The notes: generated from the letters alone by a model not told the origin. 64,000 bases of DNA from an uncultured Nitrospiraceae bacterium (GCA_963811165.1 CAWEQH010000010.1:896001-960000), one strand, 5' to 3'. Counted from the first letter of the stretch, positions 29,752 through 41,088 are shown. Numbers and translations: made by a program.

Positions 29752-30837
29752 TCAGAGTCTCAGGACATCGCAGGCATTCGTAAAGATCGACTCATGGATT
29801 CCGAAGTCTTTCAGTACCCTGTAATGGATGTCAAGAAGGTTTCCCTGCCCGCTGATATGTTCCCGCAGTTCATTCGTATTGAGAGGTTCTTTCACAACGT
29901 CACTGTCCACTGCAGGCATCGGGAAATCGCTACCGTAAAGAAAGCGTTTAGGACTTATCCTTCCCTCTTCTATTTCCCTCTTGATTCTCTGGAGATATTC
30001 TATTTGGGAGGGTGCGCAACAGGCAGATATATCGGCATACAGGTCCCACTTTTTTTCTTCCGCCGTCCTAAGCATCTCAAGCAGACATTGCACACCTCCC
30101 CCGTTCCCGCCGGGTGACGCATAATGAGACACAATCACTTTGACGCCTATGTCGAGAGCGCTCTTCAGCTTTCTCGGATCGCTGTAGGTAATTGTCCTGA
30201 TGTCGGTCATGCGCGCCGAAGACATGCTGCCCGTGTGAAAGAGAAGCGGAATGCCTTCTTTCGCCAGACATACATAAAATGGTATGCACCTGTCATCCTC
30301 AGGGTTTATCTGCTGGTCGGAGGGAGACCACATGAAAAGCGCTGCACCCTCATCTATGCAGCGTTTCGAAACGGCCAACATAGCCGCCGCCTCGCGGTAG
30401 GGGTGCACAGAGGCTCCGAAAAGCACTTTTTTGTACGTCCTGGAAAGATCGATTATGTAATCGTTGGGGACCATAAGTTGCGTCTCCTGCGAAACGAATT
30501 TACCGTTTTTGTAAACACCGTCCATCGCGAGAAAAACCGCGTAATCGGTATTCTCGGAGCTATTGACAACTCCAAGAAGGTTTTCGATTATCTCCCCGTC
30601 GCTTAAGGCAGAGGTCTTAAGAGTCATGAGAATGGAGGAAAAAACGGGGCCGGAGACAAACTCCTGCGATGCGGTGACCCCCATTAAGGTATCACCTCTG
30701 CTCACGGCGTGCACATGGATATCGATGACCTTCCCCTCAAGCATACAATTCGTGCTCCTGAACCTCTCACTCCGCCCGAACACTTTATCGTTCATTCTTC
30801 CATTTCCTTCAAGGCCATCATTCACCACGAAAGCCAT
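29752..30837 (-). CDS. Amidohydrolase family protein (TIM-barrel metal hydrolase)
   Basis: IDIHVH; ASVHP; LFHTG; YGSDFP. Confidence 0.85.
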   Translation of the reverse strand: MAFVVNDGLEGNGRMNDKVFGRSERFRSTNCMLEGKVIDIHVHAVSRGDTLMGVTASQEFVSGPVFSSILMTLKTSALSDGEIIENLLGVVNSSENTDYAVFLAMDGVYKNGKFVSQETQLMVPNDYIIDLSRTYKKVLFGASVHPYREAAAMLAVSKRCIDEGAALFMWSPSDQQINPEDDRCIPFYVCLAKEGIPLLFHTGSMSSARMTDIRTITYSDPRKLKSALDIGVKVIVSHYASPGGNGGGVQCLLEMLRTAEEKKWDLYADISACCAPSQIEYLQRIKREIEEGRISPKRFLYGSDFPMPAVDSDVVKEPLNTNELREHISGQGNLLDIHYRVLKDFGIHESIFTNACDVLRL

Positions 30838-30848
30838 ACCATTTCTTA

Positions 30849-31115
30849 TTACTTATCGTCTATATCCTGATTGGCGGCTATGGAAACCGCCTGCATCCTG
30901 TTGATAACACCAAGCTTTCGCATGATATTATTAACGTGGTAATTTACTGTCCTTTCGCTTATTCGCAGGATCACTGATATGGCCCATGACGTCTTGCCTC
31001 GCCGGAGCCACATGAGGACTTCCCGCTCCCTTGGAGAAAGGGACTGTAAAGGATCCATGTCGGTTACGGTCTTCTTCCCCCTCATATCCCCGTTTGCCAT
31101 TTCCCCTATTGTCAT
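30849..31115 (-). CDS. Stand-alone LuxR-type HTH regulator
   Basis: LSPREREVL.W...GKTSW.IS.IL.ISERTVNYH..NIMRKL. Confidence 0.85.
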   Translation of the reverse strand: MTIGEMANGDMRGKKTVTDMDPLQSLSPREREVLMWLRRGKTSWAISVILRISERTVNYHVNNIMRKLGVINRMQAVSIAANQDIDDK

Positions 31116-31152
31116 CTCATCAAAATTTTATGGAAAGAGATACATTAATTCT

Positions 31153-31168
31153 TGCAAAGAGAAGGCCA
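31153..31168 (-). promoter_or_regulatory. sigma54 promoter (TGGCCTTCTCTTTGCA) of the luxR-amidohydrolase pair
   Basis: GG/GC at -24/-12 spacing, ~38 nt before the ATG. Confidence 0.65.
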
Positions 31169-31309
31169 GAAATGAGAAAGGCATAACACGCTGTTTTATA
31201 TGAAGTTATCTCCCCATGTCATGTCATGGGGCAGCTAAAGACCCTTATAAAAGTTTGTAGGATTATATGGAAAGTTATATAGTTTGGGAGAGAGAGTATC
31301 TGAGTGGGG

Positions 31310-32653
31310 CTACTTAATGCCGTATTCTTTTATCTTTGCAAAAAGGGTCGCATAGCTCAGGTCGAGCAAATCCGCGGCCTTGGTCTTGTTCCCTTCCGTC
31401 TTCGCAAGCGCCTGGATGATAATCCTTTTTTCAAGGTCCCTGACAGCCTCTTTAAGCGGCATGACGGAACACGCACTCTTCTCTCTTCCTTGATGACTCA
31501 TCAACACCTCTACGCATGTCTGGTCGATCACATCGCCTTCGGCAAGAAGGGTCGCCCTCCTTATGACGTTCTTGAGTTCCCTCAAATTGCCGGGCCACGA
31601 ATATTTCATGAGGACAGCGAGTGATCCCCCTTCGATCTCCCTGATCTGCTTGTTCAGTTCTATCCCGGCCTCGAAGGCGAATTTGCGCGCAAAAAAAGGA
31701 ATGTCCTCGACCCTCTCTCTAAGCGGCGGCAGCGTGATGAAGAATTCTCCCAAGCGGTAGAAAAGGTCCTCTCTGAACTCCTTCTTCTCTACACTTTCTT
31801 TCAAATCCTTGTTCGTCGCCGCGATAATACGGATATCCACGTCCACCGGGCTTGTGCTTCCCAGTGGGTAAATCCTTTTTTTCTCTATGACGCTCAGGAG
31901 TTTTCCCTGGACATGAGGCGACATGTTTTCTAACTCGTCTATGAATATCGTGCCGCCGTGGGCGGTCTCGAAATAACCGGCCTTGTCGCGGTCGGCGCCT
32001 GTAAAGGCCCCTTTCTTATACCCGAACAGCTCACTTTCAACAAGAAGGTCAGGGATCAGTCCGATGTCGACGCTCACGAAGGGCTTCCCGGACCTCGCGC
32101 TCAGGTTCTGTATGGCACCTGCCACCACCGACTTTCCCGTGCCTGTCTCCCCCTGGATTATTACCGAAAAATTCGTCTGCGCCACCTGCTTGATCCTGTC
32201 GACGACCGTCTTCATTGCGCCGCTTCGGCCGATCTGGTGTTCAAGCGACGACTCAAGCGCTGTGGTGGTCCTTTTGACCTCAATCTCAAGCCGCCGCTTT
32301 TCTAGGGCCTTCCTGAGGGTAAAAACGAGCCTGTCGAATTCGGGAGGCTTAATCAGAAAATCATAAACACCGTGCTTTATCGCATCAACCGCGGTAGGGA
32401 TGTCGCCGTATGCGGTAAGAATAATAACGGGCACGTCCGGGCCGATTTTCCTGATCTCCTGCATCGCATCGATACCGTTCATGTAAGGCATATTCAGATC
32501 GAGCAGAACCGCATCCGGGGGGTCCTTTCTGAAGAGTTTGATGGCGCTGATGCCATCCCCGGCCTCGGTCGTAGCGAAGCCCTCTTCTTTCAACACGTCC
32601 CTGACTACACCTCTTAAGTCCCTGTCGTCATCGACAACGAGTATTCTTTCCAT
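31310..32653 (-). CDS. sigma54-dependent response regulator
   Basis: REC; GETGTGK; GAFTGA; WPGNLREL; HTH. Confidence 0.93.
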   Translation of the reverse strand: MERILVVDDDRDLRGVVRDVLKEEGFATTEAGDGISAIKLFRKDPPDAVLLDLNMPYMNGIDAMQEIRKIGPDVPVIILTAYGDIPTAVDAIKHGVYDFLIKPPEFDRLVFTLRKALEKRRLEIEVKRTTTALESSLEHQIGRSGAMKTVVDRIKQVAQTNFSVIIQGETGTGKSVVAGAIQNLSARSGKPFVSVDIGLIPDLLVESELFGYKKGAFTGADRDKAGYFETAHGGTIFIDELENMSPHVQGKLLSVIEKKRIYPLGSTSPVDVDIRIIAATNKDLKESVEKKEFREDLFYRLGEFFITLPPLRERVEDIPFFARKFAFEAGIELNKQIREIEGGSLAVLMKYSWPGNLRELKNVIRRATLLAEGDVIDQTCVEVLMSHQGREKSACSVMPLKEAVRDLEKRIIIQALAKTEGNKTKAADLLDLSYATLFAKIKEYGIK

Positions 32654-34240
32654 TTATCGGTCCTCTTCGCCTGCGTCCTCTGCCGCCCCGTCTTCCACAT
32701 CTCCCTCTGATGCTCCAACTAGGGGCAGGTATATTGCAAACTCCGTTCCCTCCCCCTTCTTCGTATCAACTTCTATCCGTCCTTTATGCCGTTCTATTAT
32801 ACCGTATACAATCGAAAGTCCGAGGCCTGTTCCCTTGCCCACGTCCTTTGTAGTGAAATAGGGCTCAAATATCCTCTCTTTGACCTGTTCATCCATGCCG
32901 GGCCCCGTATCACTTACTGAAATTACCGCGTATGTCCCGGGATTGAGAGACTTGCTTCCCTCCCCCACACTGGCGGACCTTGTAGTTACCGTAATCACCC
33001 CTCCGTCGGGCATCGCATCGCGCGCGTTCGAACAAAGGTTCATAAGGACCTGCTCCATCTGAAGGCGGTCCGTCAGTGCTGTCAGACGTTCCTCCGAAAG
33101 AGAGATAATCAACCCGATCTCTTCTCCCGCGATATTCAGAAGCATCGGCCGCAGGTCTCTGATGATAGTATTTATGTTCATCGGGTGTAAATTGATTGTA
33201 TGCGTTTTGCTGAAGGCAAGCAGTCCGCGTATCAGGTTCTGGGCCTTTGTTATCGAATTATGCACCTGCTCGGTATACTGCCTCAAGTTGACCTGCTCTT
33301 GAAGCTTCTTCTCCATAAGGTAGATGGACCCCCTGAGGGTTGCGAGGATATTGTTGAAGTCATGTGCAATTCCCCGTGCTAGGGTCCCTATCGCCTCCAT
33401 CTTCTGGGCATGTCTGAGCCGCTCTTCGAGGGCCTCTTTTTCCTCTTCCCTCTTTTTAAGGTCCTCGTACATAATGTTGAAATCGACGGCGAGTCTTCCT
33501 ATCTCGTCCATCGACTCCACAGGGACTTTCTCGATCGTCTCCCCCCTGCCAAGAGACCTCACGGATAGGGCAAGTCTCGTGAGAGGCTGGGTGACCCTGT
33601 GGATGGCGATATAGATGGCGATGCTGCCCGCAAGGAGAAAAACCAGAGCAATGAGGGCGTTCCTTAATATAATGACTTTCATCTCCCGCCTAAGTATGTC
33701 CTTATCGAGTATGACCTCTACGTAACCGATCACACTTCGTTCGCTTGACGGAGCGGAGACATCAAAATAAAGCGCCTCCTCTGCATTTCTATAGGTCTCA
33801 AGATAGACAGGGGCGAGAAAAACGATGGTATCTTCCCTTTCCACAGGCTCGGGTATCCTGTCGCCGGGGTCTGGCGCAAATGCTTCAGGGACAAGCGAGG
33901 TCGTCTTCGGGACCTCTTGCTCCGTGGTCTTCCTGGTCTCAACGAGCAGCGCCTTCTTCTCCATGTTATATATCGCTACGGCGAGGACGTTCTTCTGGCC
34001 CATTATCCCCTGCACCGCATCTTTAAGCATGTCCTTGTTCTCAGCGAAGACCCACGTCCTGGTATTGTAGGCGAGCAGGTCGGCAAGCATCTTTCCCTCG
34101 TTGTAAAGGTCTTTTCGGACTGCCCTGTTTTCATGATAGATGAAAAAGGCTGTGAAGCCCGCAAAAACCAGGAAGATCGAGACCGCAAACGACCTGAATA
34201 CTTTGAAACTGAAACTATTTTTTGTCCTTTCAGTCAACAT
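32654..34240 (-). CDS. HAMP-domain sensor histidine kinase
   Basis: 2 TM; HAMP DEIGRL; GIAHDFNN; GTGLGL. Confidence 0.92.
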   Translation of the reverse strand: MLTERTKNSFSFKVFRSFAVSIFLVFAGFTAFFIYHENRAVRKDLYNEGKMLADLLAYNTRTWVFAENKDMLKDAVQGIMGQKNVLAVAIYNMEKKALLVETRKTTEQEVPKTTSLVPEAFAPDPGDRIPEPVEREDTIVFLAPVYLETYRNAEEALYFDVSAPSSERSVIGYVEVILDKDILRREMKVIILRNALIALVFLLAGSIAIYIAIHRVTQPLTRLALSVRSLGRGETIEKVPVESMDEIGRLAVDFNIMYEDLKKREEEKEALEERLRHAQKMEAIGTLARGIAHDFNNILATLRGSIYLMEKKLQEQVNLRQYTEQVHNSITKAQNLIRGLLAFSKTHTINLHPMNINTIIRDLRPMLLNIAGEEIGLIISLSEERLTALTDRLQMEQVLMNLCSNARDAMPDGGVITVTTRSASVGEGSKSLNPGTYAVISVSDTGPGMDEQVKERIFEPYFTTKDVGKGTGLGLSIVYGIIERHKGRIEVDTKKGEGTEFAIYLPLVGASEGDVEDGAAEDAGEEDR

Positions 34241-35171
34241 GTTCCGCCCTGTGTAGGATGTCGTCCCTCACCTTTATTCCGAATTTTCTGATAATCTTCC
34301 CGTTGACCGCAAGGACCGCACTTCTGGCGTCTGTCCTTACAGCCTTGGGGTTCTTCTCTGCGACCAGCTTCCGTGCTATCTCTCCTGCCTGAACGCCTAT
34401 GTCGAAAGGCGAGCTATAGAGACCGGCGGCGGACCCCATCTCGACATATTTCTTCGAAAATGTAAATATAGGGACCTTATTCCTGAATGAGAAAAGGAGA
34501 AGGTATTTCACTGTCTCGGGGTTAATCACGGTCGTATCGGGAAGCATCCAAAAGACGTCTATTTTGTCCTTCATCGAATCCACAAGAGCAGGGATATCGG
34601 CCTGTCTTGAAGCTTTTCTAAGGACAAGTTCTACGCCCCTGCCCTGTGCTGATTGCGAGGCTTCCTTTATATATGCCTCCGAGTTTCTGGGGTCGTATAT
34701 CACACCTATTCTCCTTAAGCCGTGGAAGACGTCGAGCATGGAGCCTATATACTTGTCGGGCTGGATATACATACTGACGCCGGAGAGGGGCTTCGCTCCG
34801 GCACTCAGGGTCTGGGAATTGGGGACCATGGCATATATGACCGGGATGTCCCTGACCGACCTTGCGAGGTTAAGTGCGTCCATCCCGATGGCAAAGACCG
34901 CCACTATGTCGGAATCATGGACTTTACTAAGGATGTCTGAGGGCTCCGCCTCGGCCATGACCACTTCACTTACGTCATGATCGCAGGAAGTCCTAAACCC
35001 CTCAAGCGCATCGTTATAAGGCTTTATTTCTGCACTTTTTATCGCGACGATCTCGCCCGCCTCTGACGAGGCTGCGAAACCAATGAGGAAGAGCAACGTA
35101 ATTATTACAAAAAAAGAAGATCTCTTGTTCAATCCGTCCCCACGGAGAATTTTATCAGTTGAATATAACAA
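34230..35171 (-). CDS. ABC-transporter-type substrate-binding protein
   Basis: Signal peptide; RRIGVIYDP; FWMLPD; IG.QAG; start uncertain. Confidence 0.8.
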   Translation of the reverse strand: MLYSTDKILRGDGLNKRSSFFVIITLLFLIGFAASSEAGEIVAIKSAEIKPYNDALEGFRTSCDHDVSEVVMAEAEPSDILSKVHDSDIVAVFAIGMDALNLARSVRDIPVIYAMVPNSQTLSAGAKPLSGVSMYIQPDKYIGSMLDVFHGLRRIGVIYDPRNSEAYIKEASQSAQGRGVELVLRKASRQADIPALVDSMKDKIDVFWMLPDTTVINPETVKYLLLFSFRNKVPIFTFSKKYVEMGSAAGLYSSPFDIGVQAGEIARKLVAEKNPKAVRTDARSAVLAVNGKIIRKFGIKVRDDILHRAEHVD

Positions 35172-35219
35172 AAGCGGGTGAATAACACAATAATATTATA
35201 GATTATTCGACAATTACGC

Positions 35220-35247
35220 GTAGGGGCGTGTTGCAACGTGCCCCTGC
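35220..35247. repeat. GTAG-type REP palindrome
   Basis: GTAGGGGCGTGTTGCAACGTGCCCCTGC; similar element at 53056-53083. Confidence 0.6.
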
Positions 35248-35406
35248 ATTTACTCGCCCCCCTGCCTCTATAGAATTACCCTGTGTTTTGTGTCTTACCA
35301 CTACCCCTCCGCACCTCCCCTTACAAAAGGGAAGATTTCAGGAGGCCATTTCCCTGGCTTCATCCCCTCCTTAGCAAGGAGGGGTGAGGTGAGCTAGTTT
35401 CTTCTC

Positions 35407-36723
35407 TTACTTCCCGACCAGTCCGTACTTTATGTCTTGCTTCACAACGGCCTCGAGCGTGGCGTCAAGGTATGGTTTCTTGCAGTCAACTCCTTCCATA
35501 TTTCCATCACGGACGAGTTTCATGTGACGGCATCCTCCGAAACAGAGGGGGAGATACACGCAGCTTAGACACTCTTCATTCTTCCAGCAGTCTTTGCCGT
35601 GAGGCTGCATTTTATACTTGATGCCGGTCCTGAGATCGCCGACCTTGAATTCCTCGCGGCCGACTAGCGAGGGGCACTTGTAGATACTTCCATCGTAATT
35701 CACAAGATAGTTATCTTTCATGTCTAGTGAACATACACCAGGAACCGTACTTCGCGGGCCCTTGTAGCCCCGCTTAAGCACCTCCCCGCTCAGATAGACA
35801 CTCGCCTCAAAGAGCCAAGGCTCATTAAAGCTGCAGCATCCTTCATTGAAATCAGCCGGTCCGTATCCGTAACTCTCTGCCGTCACCGGATTGAACCTCA
35901 CGGACTCAACTTTGTCTGGAGTAAGGCCATTGGCGAGCATAAAATCGAGAAGATAGGGAAATTCACGGTAATTGTCCTGCATATAATTTCCGCCGACCTG
36001 GATGCCGATCATTTCACAAACTTCTTTCAGGTTTCCAAAAATCCTTTCAAAGCTGCCCTTGCCGGAGGTAAAAGGCCTGAAAAGGTCGTGTAGTTCCTTA
36101 GTACCGTCGAGCGTAACAACGGCTCCTCTCACCCCATGAGGTGTAAGCCTGGACACTACATGCGGGGTGAGAAGGGTCCCGTTCGTAACAATATAGGCCG
36201 CATATCCTATACCCTTTTCTTCGGAAAACCCTTTTATCCTTTCTGAAACGCAGGCCACAAGGTCCAAGCTCAGAAGGGGCTCCCCACCATAAAAGGTTAT
36301 CGCTATCTTCTCATCGCCGGTCCTTCCGTCAAGCCCTTCCGCCCATCTTTCAACAAAGCCGATAAAAAGGTCGGCGGTCTCCTGTGTCATATAGAATTTC
36401 CCCTTGCGCTGGCCTTCGAAACAATACTTGCATGCAAGGTTGCAATCGAGGTTCATCACGATCTTCGCGGCGAAGGTGCGGGAAATTGCATTGAGGTCAT
36501 CGATAAAACCGAGCATCTCTTCATGCTCTGAATCAGCACCTTCGCTAAGGAAACCGAGGGCCGACAGGGTCTTCAGCTCCTCCCCTGAGATGCGGCCGGA
36601 TTCGATCTCAGCGAACATGCCTGAAGGAATGCTGATTATCGAACCCTTTTTCGCAGAAAAAAGGATGAGCGCTCCAGGCTCATCCCAGTTGTTAAAGATC
36701 CTCAGATACCTTGTTAAAATCAT
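35407..36723 (-). CDS. Radical SAM/SPASM peptide maturase (geopeptide-maturase-like)
   Basis: CNLACKYC; FYGGEPLL; TNGTLL; SPASM YKCP..CLSCVYLPLCFGGC; start set at ATG 36723. Confidence 0.88.
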   Translation of the reverse strand: MILTRYLRIFNNWDEPGALILFSAKKGSIISIPSGMFAEIESGRISGEELKTLSALGFLSEGADSEHEEMLGFIDDLNAISRTFAAKIVMNLDCNLACKYCFEGQRKGKFYMTQETADLFIGFVERWAEGLDGRTGDEKIAITFYGGEPLLSLDLVACVSERIKGFSEEKGIGYAAYIVTNGTLLTPHVVSRLTPHGVRGAVVTLDGTKELHDLFRPFTSGKGSFERIFGNLKEVCEMIGIQVGGNYMQDNYREFPYLLDFMLANGLTPDKVESVRFNPVTAESYGYGPADFNEGCCSFNEPWLFEASVYLSGEVLKRGYKGPRSTVPGVCSLDMKDNYLVNYDGSIYKCPSLVGREEFKVGDLRTGIKYKMQPHGKDCWKNEECLSCVYLPLCFGGCRHMKLVRDGNMEGVDCKKPYLDATLEAVVKQDIKYGLVGK

Positions 36724-36736
36724 ATATCTTCGAAAT

Positions 36737-36767
36737 AACCGGGGAGAAGCAGTTTCGCTCCCCGGTT
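36737..36767 (-). terminator. Stem-loop between precursor and maturase
   Basis: AACCGGGGAG..CTCCCCGGTT inverted repeat. Confidence 0.65.
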
Positions 36768-36775
36768 CCGGGGCA

Positions 36776-36877
36776 TTACCTCGCCAGCTTCCCTGTCGGC
36801 GCTGAGGTACAGCACGCCATTGCAGCCAGGTCTTTCTTTTCCACTCCCTTTTCCAGGATAACAATCCGCTTTACCAT
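36776..36877 (-). CDS. Geopeptide-like RiPP precursor, 33 aa (MVKRIVILEKGVEKKDLAAMACCTSAPTGKLAR)
   Basis: Manually translated; GGAGG RBS; LEKG leader and CC core; directly upstream of the rSAM/SPASM gene. Confidence 0.85.
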   Translation of the reverse strand: MVKRIVILEKGVEKKDLAAMACCTSAPTGKLAR

Positions 36878-36921
36878 TCTTCCACCTCCAATTAAGAAAT
36901 GCGCATCCCAATGGACACGGG

Positions 36922-38814
36922 TCACAATTTTACCCTCAAGCCTCCCTCTATCCATCTTTCGGCATTCTTGTAGTTTTCTATCCAGTACTGAGCGCCGTTG
37001 AACAGATTGTGCATTGTCAAGAAGACCTCTGCGCTATATGAGTTGCCCCTATAGACAGTCTTTATCGCATTGAAATCGAAGATAAAGCCGTTGTATTTGG
37101 CGTTGAAATCTGCAGATGCATTCCACCATATATAATGACCCTTCAGGAGTGCCCGGAAAGATTTTTTGTCGTCGTACTGGAGACCTATATCATAAGTATA
37201 CGTGGGATTGCCGCTTATCTCTTCTCCTGTTTCACGGTCCTCGGTGTGGATGAAGGAGGCAGCGGCCGAAAGCGTGAAATTATATATAGGGACAGTCTTG
37301 ATCGCCGCCTCGAGTCCTTGCCTTCTCACCCTGTCCCTATTAATGTAAGTCCATGTCCCTTCATCGATTGAAATGTCCTCCCTCGTTATCGCGTCGCGGA
37401 TATCGTGCCTGAATCCCGAGACCTTCAGCCAGAGGTATTTCAACGCGCCGGTCTCGACCCCGAGCTGGTAAGACCAAACCTTTTCAAGTTTGAGATCAGG
37501 GTTATTCACAAAGAATGGGCCACTGGCATAGAGAAATGTCACCGCCGGAATATTGAACCCTCTTGCAACAACACCTCTTAGTATTGTCTTGTCCGCGATC
37601 TCATAGGTAGCGCCCAGGCTAGGGCTAAGGGTATTCGACTTTAGGCTCGTTCCGTCAACATCGACACTGTCAACCCGCAGACCGGGGATGACCGTAAATC
37701 TCCCCAGCGAGATGGTATCGTTCAGATAAGCTGCTGCTATATGCTCGTCGAATTTCGTATCCCCAAAATAAGATCCCTTCACGCGATATAAGTCATAGTC
37801 TCCGCCAAAGACAAGGGAGTGGATTCCCTGTCTGAACTCACCCTTTACGCTCGCCCCATATTTATTGTCCTGAAGGTTGCTCGGTGTGACTGTTCCCTCA
37901 ACAAGGTCCGTCGTGGTACCGGATGACAACTTCTGCTCGGCCCTTGCAGAAACGTCAACCGAAATAGTATCGCTCAGCCTGCTCTTGACGCCAAGAGAGG
38001 AAAGAAGGACCTCATCCTGCGTATCGAAACTGAGGCCGAAGGCCTCGAAGTCACCGCCCTGGTTTCGCGCCTTATTATAAAAAAGGCTGTAAGTGACAAC
38101 TGTGTCTTTCGAAAAATCATAAGAAAGTTTTCCGTAAAGACTGTTTCGGGAACTTATATCATGGGTCGTCAGACCGTCGGTCTGGAGCCTGCCGCTATAG
38201 AGATAGTAGCCGATCTGATCTTTTTTTCCGCTCAACTCGGCCCTGAAGTCGCCGGTGTTCCTTTCGCCGTACGACCCGGAGATGACCCCGCGAGTTCCAT
38301 CACCCGAGGGAGTCTTTGTAATAACATTGACTATGCCCCCCAACGATGAACCCCATACCGAAGATGCCGGCCCCTTGATCACCTCGACCTTATCGATCAT
38401 CTGCACCGGTATAAGGTCAGCGTCAGCAAAGCCCCCGGAAAGGTCACTGATACGGACGCCGTCGATGAGTATGACTACATGATCGACCCTGGAACCCTGT
38501 ATCTGTGCGTTTGCTATACTGCCCGGACTTCCGCCGCCAAAGCTCACCTGCACCCCGTTCACCGTATTCAAAACATCTCCGAGCGTATGGGCATTCATAA
38601 GTTCGATGTCTTCTTTAGTCACGACCTCCACATTCTCCGCAATGCGCGTGATCGACTTGAGGCTCCTTGTTGCGGATATGACCTGGATCTCGTCTTCCTT
38701 GAAATACATAAGAAGGAAACTCTTCTCTTCCTCAGACATTGCAAACGCAGGGGTAGAGAAAGGTGATAGGATGAAGATCAAAAAAAGAACGAATGCGGTC
38801 TTACTGAAAGACAT
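36922..38814 (-). CDS. TonB-dependent receptor
   Basis: Plug motifs VISATR, ILIDG, IDKVEVIKGPASSVWGS; beta-barrel C-terminus. Confidence 0.92.
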   Translation of the reverse strand: MSFSKTAFVLFLIFILSPFSTPAFAMSEEEKSFLLMYFKEDEIQVISATRSLKSITRIAENVEVVTKEDIELMNAHTLGDVLNTVNGVQVSFGGGSPGSIANAQIQGSRVDHVVILIDGVRISDLSGGFADADLIPVQMIDKVEVIKGPASSVWGSSLGGIVNVITKTPSGDGTRGVISGSYGERNTGDFRAELSGKKDQIGYYLYSGRLQTDGLTTHDISSRNSLYGKLSYDFSKDTVVTYSLFYNKARNQGGDFEAFGLSFDTQDEVLLSSLGVKSRLSDTISVDVSARAEQKLSSGTTTDLVEGTVTPSNLQDNKYGASVKGEFRQGIHSLVFGGDYDLYRVKGSYFGDTKFDEHIAAAYLNDTISLGRFTVIPGLRVDSVDVDGTSLKSNTLSPSLGATYEIADKTILRGVVARGFNIPAVTFLYASGPFFVNNPDLKLEKVWSYQLGVETGALKYLWLKVSGFRHDIRDAITREDISIDEGTWTYINRDRVRRQGLEAAIKTVPIYNFTLSAAASFIHTEDRETGEEISGNPTYTYDIGLQYDDKKSFRALLKGHYIWWNASADFNAKYNGFIFDFNAIKTVYRGNSYSAEVFLTMHNLFNGAQYWIENYKNAERWIEGGLRVKL

Positions 38815-39134
38815 ATTTCGAATCCTCCGAAAGTTTTTTATTTGTCTATTTTTACGCCGTTTTTTCAGCCCTTCTAAATATTAATTTTTCGAAGTATATT
38901 CTATTCAAACCGCTGCTGTCTAGAGAAAAATAAGCAATTGCGCATCCCTGCAGTTATGGGTAAGACCCACCCCTCCCAAGTGGGAGACAAGACAGAACTC
39001 GGGACACACTTGCGATGCCTCCACTTAGCATGCACTGAAAAAGATCAATTCTACGATGGAGGGAGGTCACTCATTGCTCACGATATCAGGAACGCTCCGC
39101 CGGCGACGATATTTAAGCGGCTTCAATCCAGAAT

Positions 39135-39170
39135 AAAAAAAGGGTCTGCAGACAAACTCTGCAGACCCCT
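39135..39170 (-). terminator. Intrinsic terminator of the atp operon
   Basis: GGGTCTGCAGA..TCTGCAGACCC followed by a T-run on the minus strand. Confidence 0.85.
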
Positions 39171-39201
39171 GCTAATCTATATACTTCATACTTCCCGAAA
39201 G

Positions 39202-39615
39202 CTATTTGACTCTTCTGATTTCTACAATTTGGGCCCTGGTGACCGCCCGTTCGAGCGCTGACTCGGCCCTTGCGAAGTCGACATTCTCGGCGTGCTTCAG
39301 CCTTTCTTCAGCCCTCTTTCTGGCTGCGATGGCCCGCTCGACGTCGATCTCCTCGGACTTCTCGGCGCTGTCCGCAAGGATCATCACCTTTTCGTGGCCG
39401 ACCTCCGCATAGCCCCAGTTCACAAAGAAGAACTTGGACTCGTTACCTTTCTTGCAGGCCAGCATGCCTATCTTGAGCGTCGTGACAAAGGGCACGTGAC
39501 CGGGAAGGACCCCGAATTCACCTTCGCTTCCTGAAGCGGTGACTTCGTCGACCTCGTCGCTGAAGACCAGACCCTGCGGGGTCACTATTTCGAGAAGGAT
39601 TTTTCCCTCTGCCAT
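39202..39615 (-). CDS. atpC: ATP synthase epsilon subunit
   Basis: EIVTP; GEFGVLPGH. Confidence 0.96.
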   Translation of the reverse strand: MAEGKILLEIVTPQGLVFSDEVDEVTASGSEGEFGVLPGHVPFVTTLKIGMLACKKGNESKFFFVNWGYAEVGHEKVMILADSAEKSEEIDVERAIAARKRAEERLKHAENVDFARAESALERAVTRAQIVEIRRVK

Positions 39616-39618
39616 CGT

Positions 39619-41037
<1,419 letters not shown>

Positions 41038-41088
41038 CTACCCCCAAATGTATTTTCACTTAGTGTATTCATTGCGTATCCTTTATCT

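Noticed and set aside
35300..35395. CCCCT..AGGGG hairpins here and at ~56355-56390
   Set aside because: They look like common intergenic palindromic repeats, with no specific function supportable
36724..36864. ORF-track N-terminal extension of the radical SAM protein from TTG 36864
   Set aside because: It overlaps the precursor peptide and hairpin; the ATG at 36723 is the more plausible start
38820..39130. Cobalamin riboswitch upstream of the TonB receptor
   Set aside because: No B12-box or GGGAA/GCAACUGU/GCCACUG core is visible
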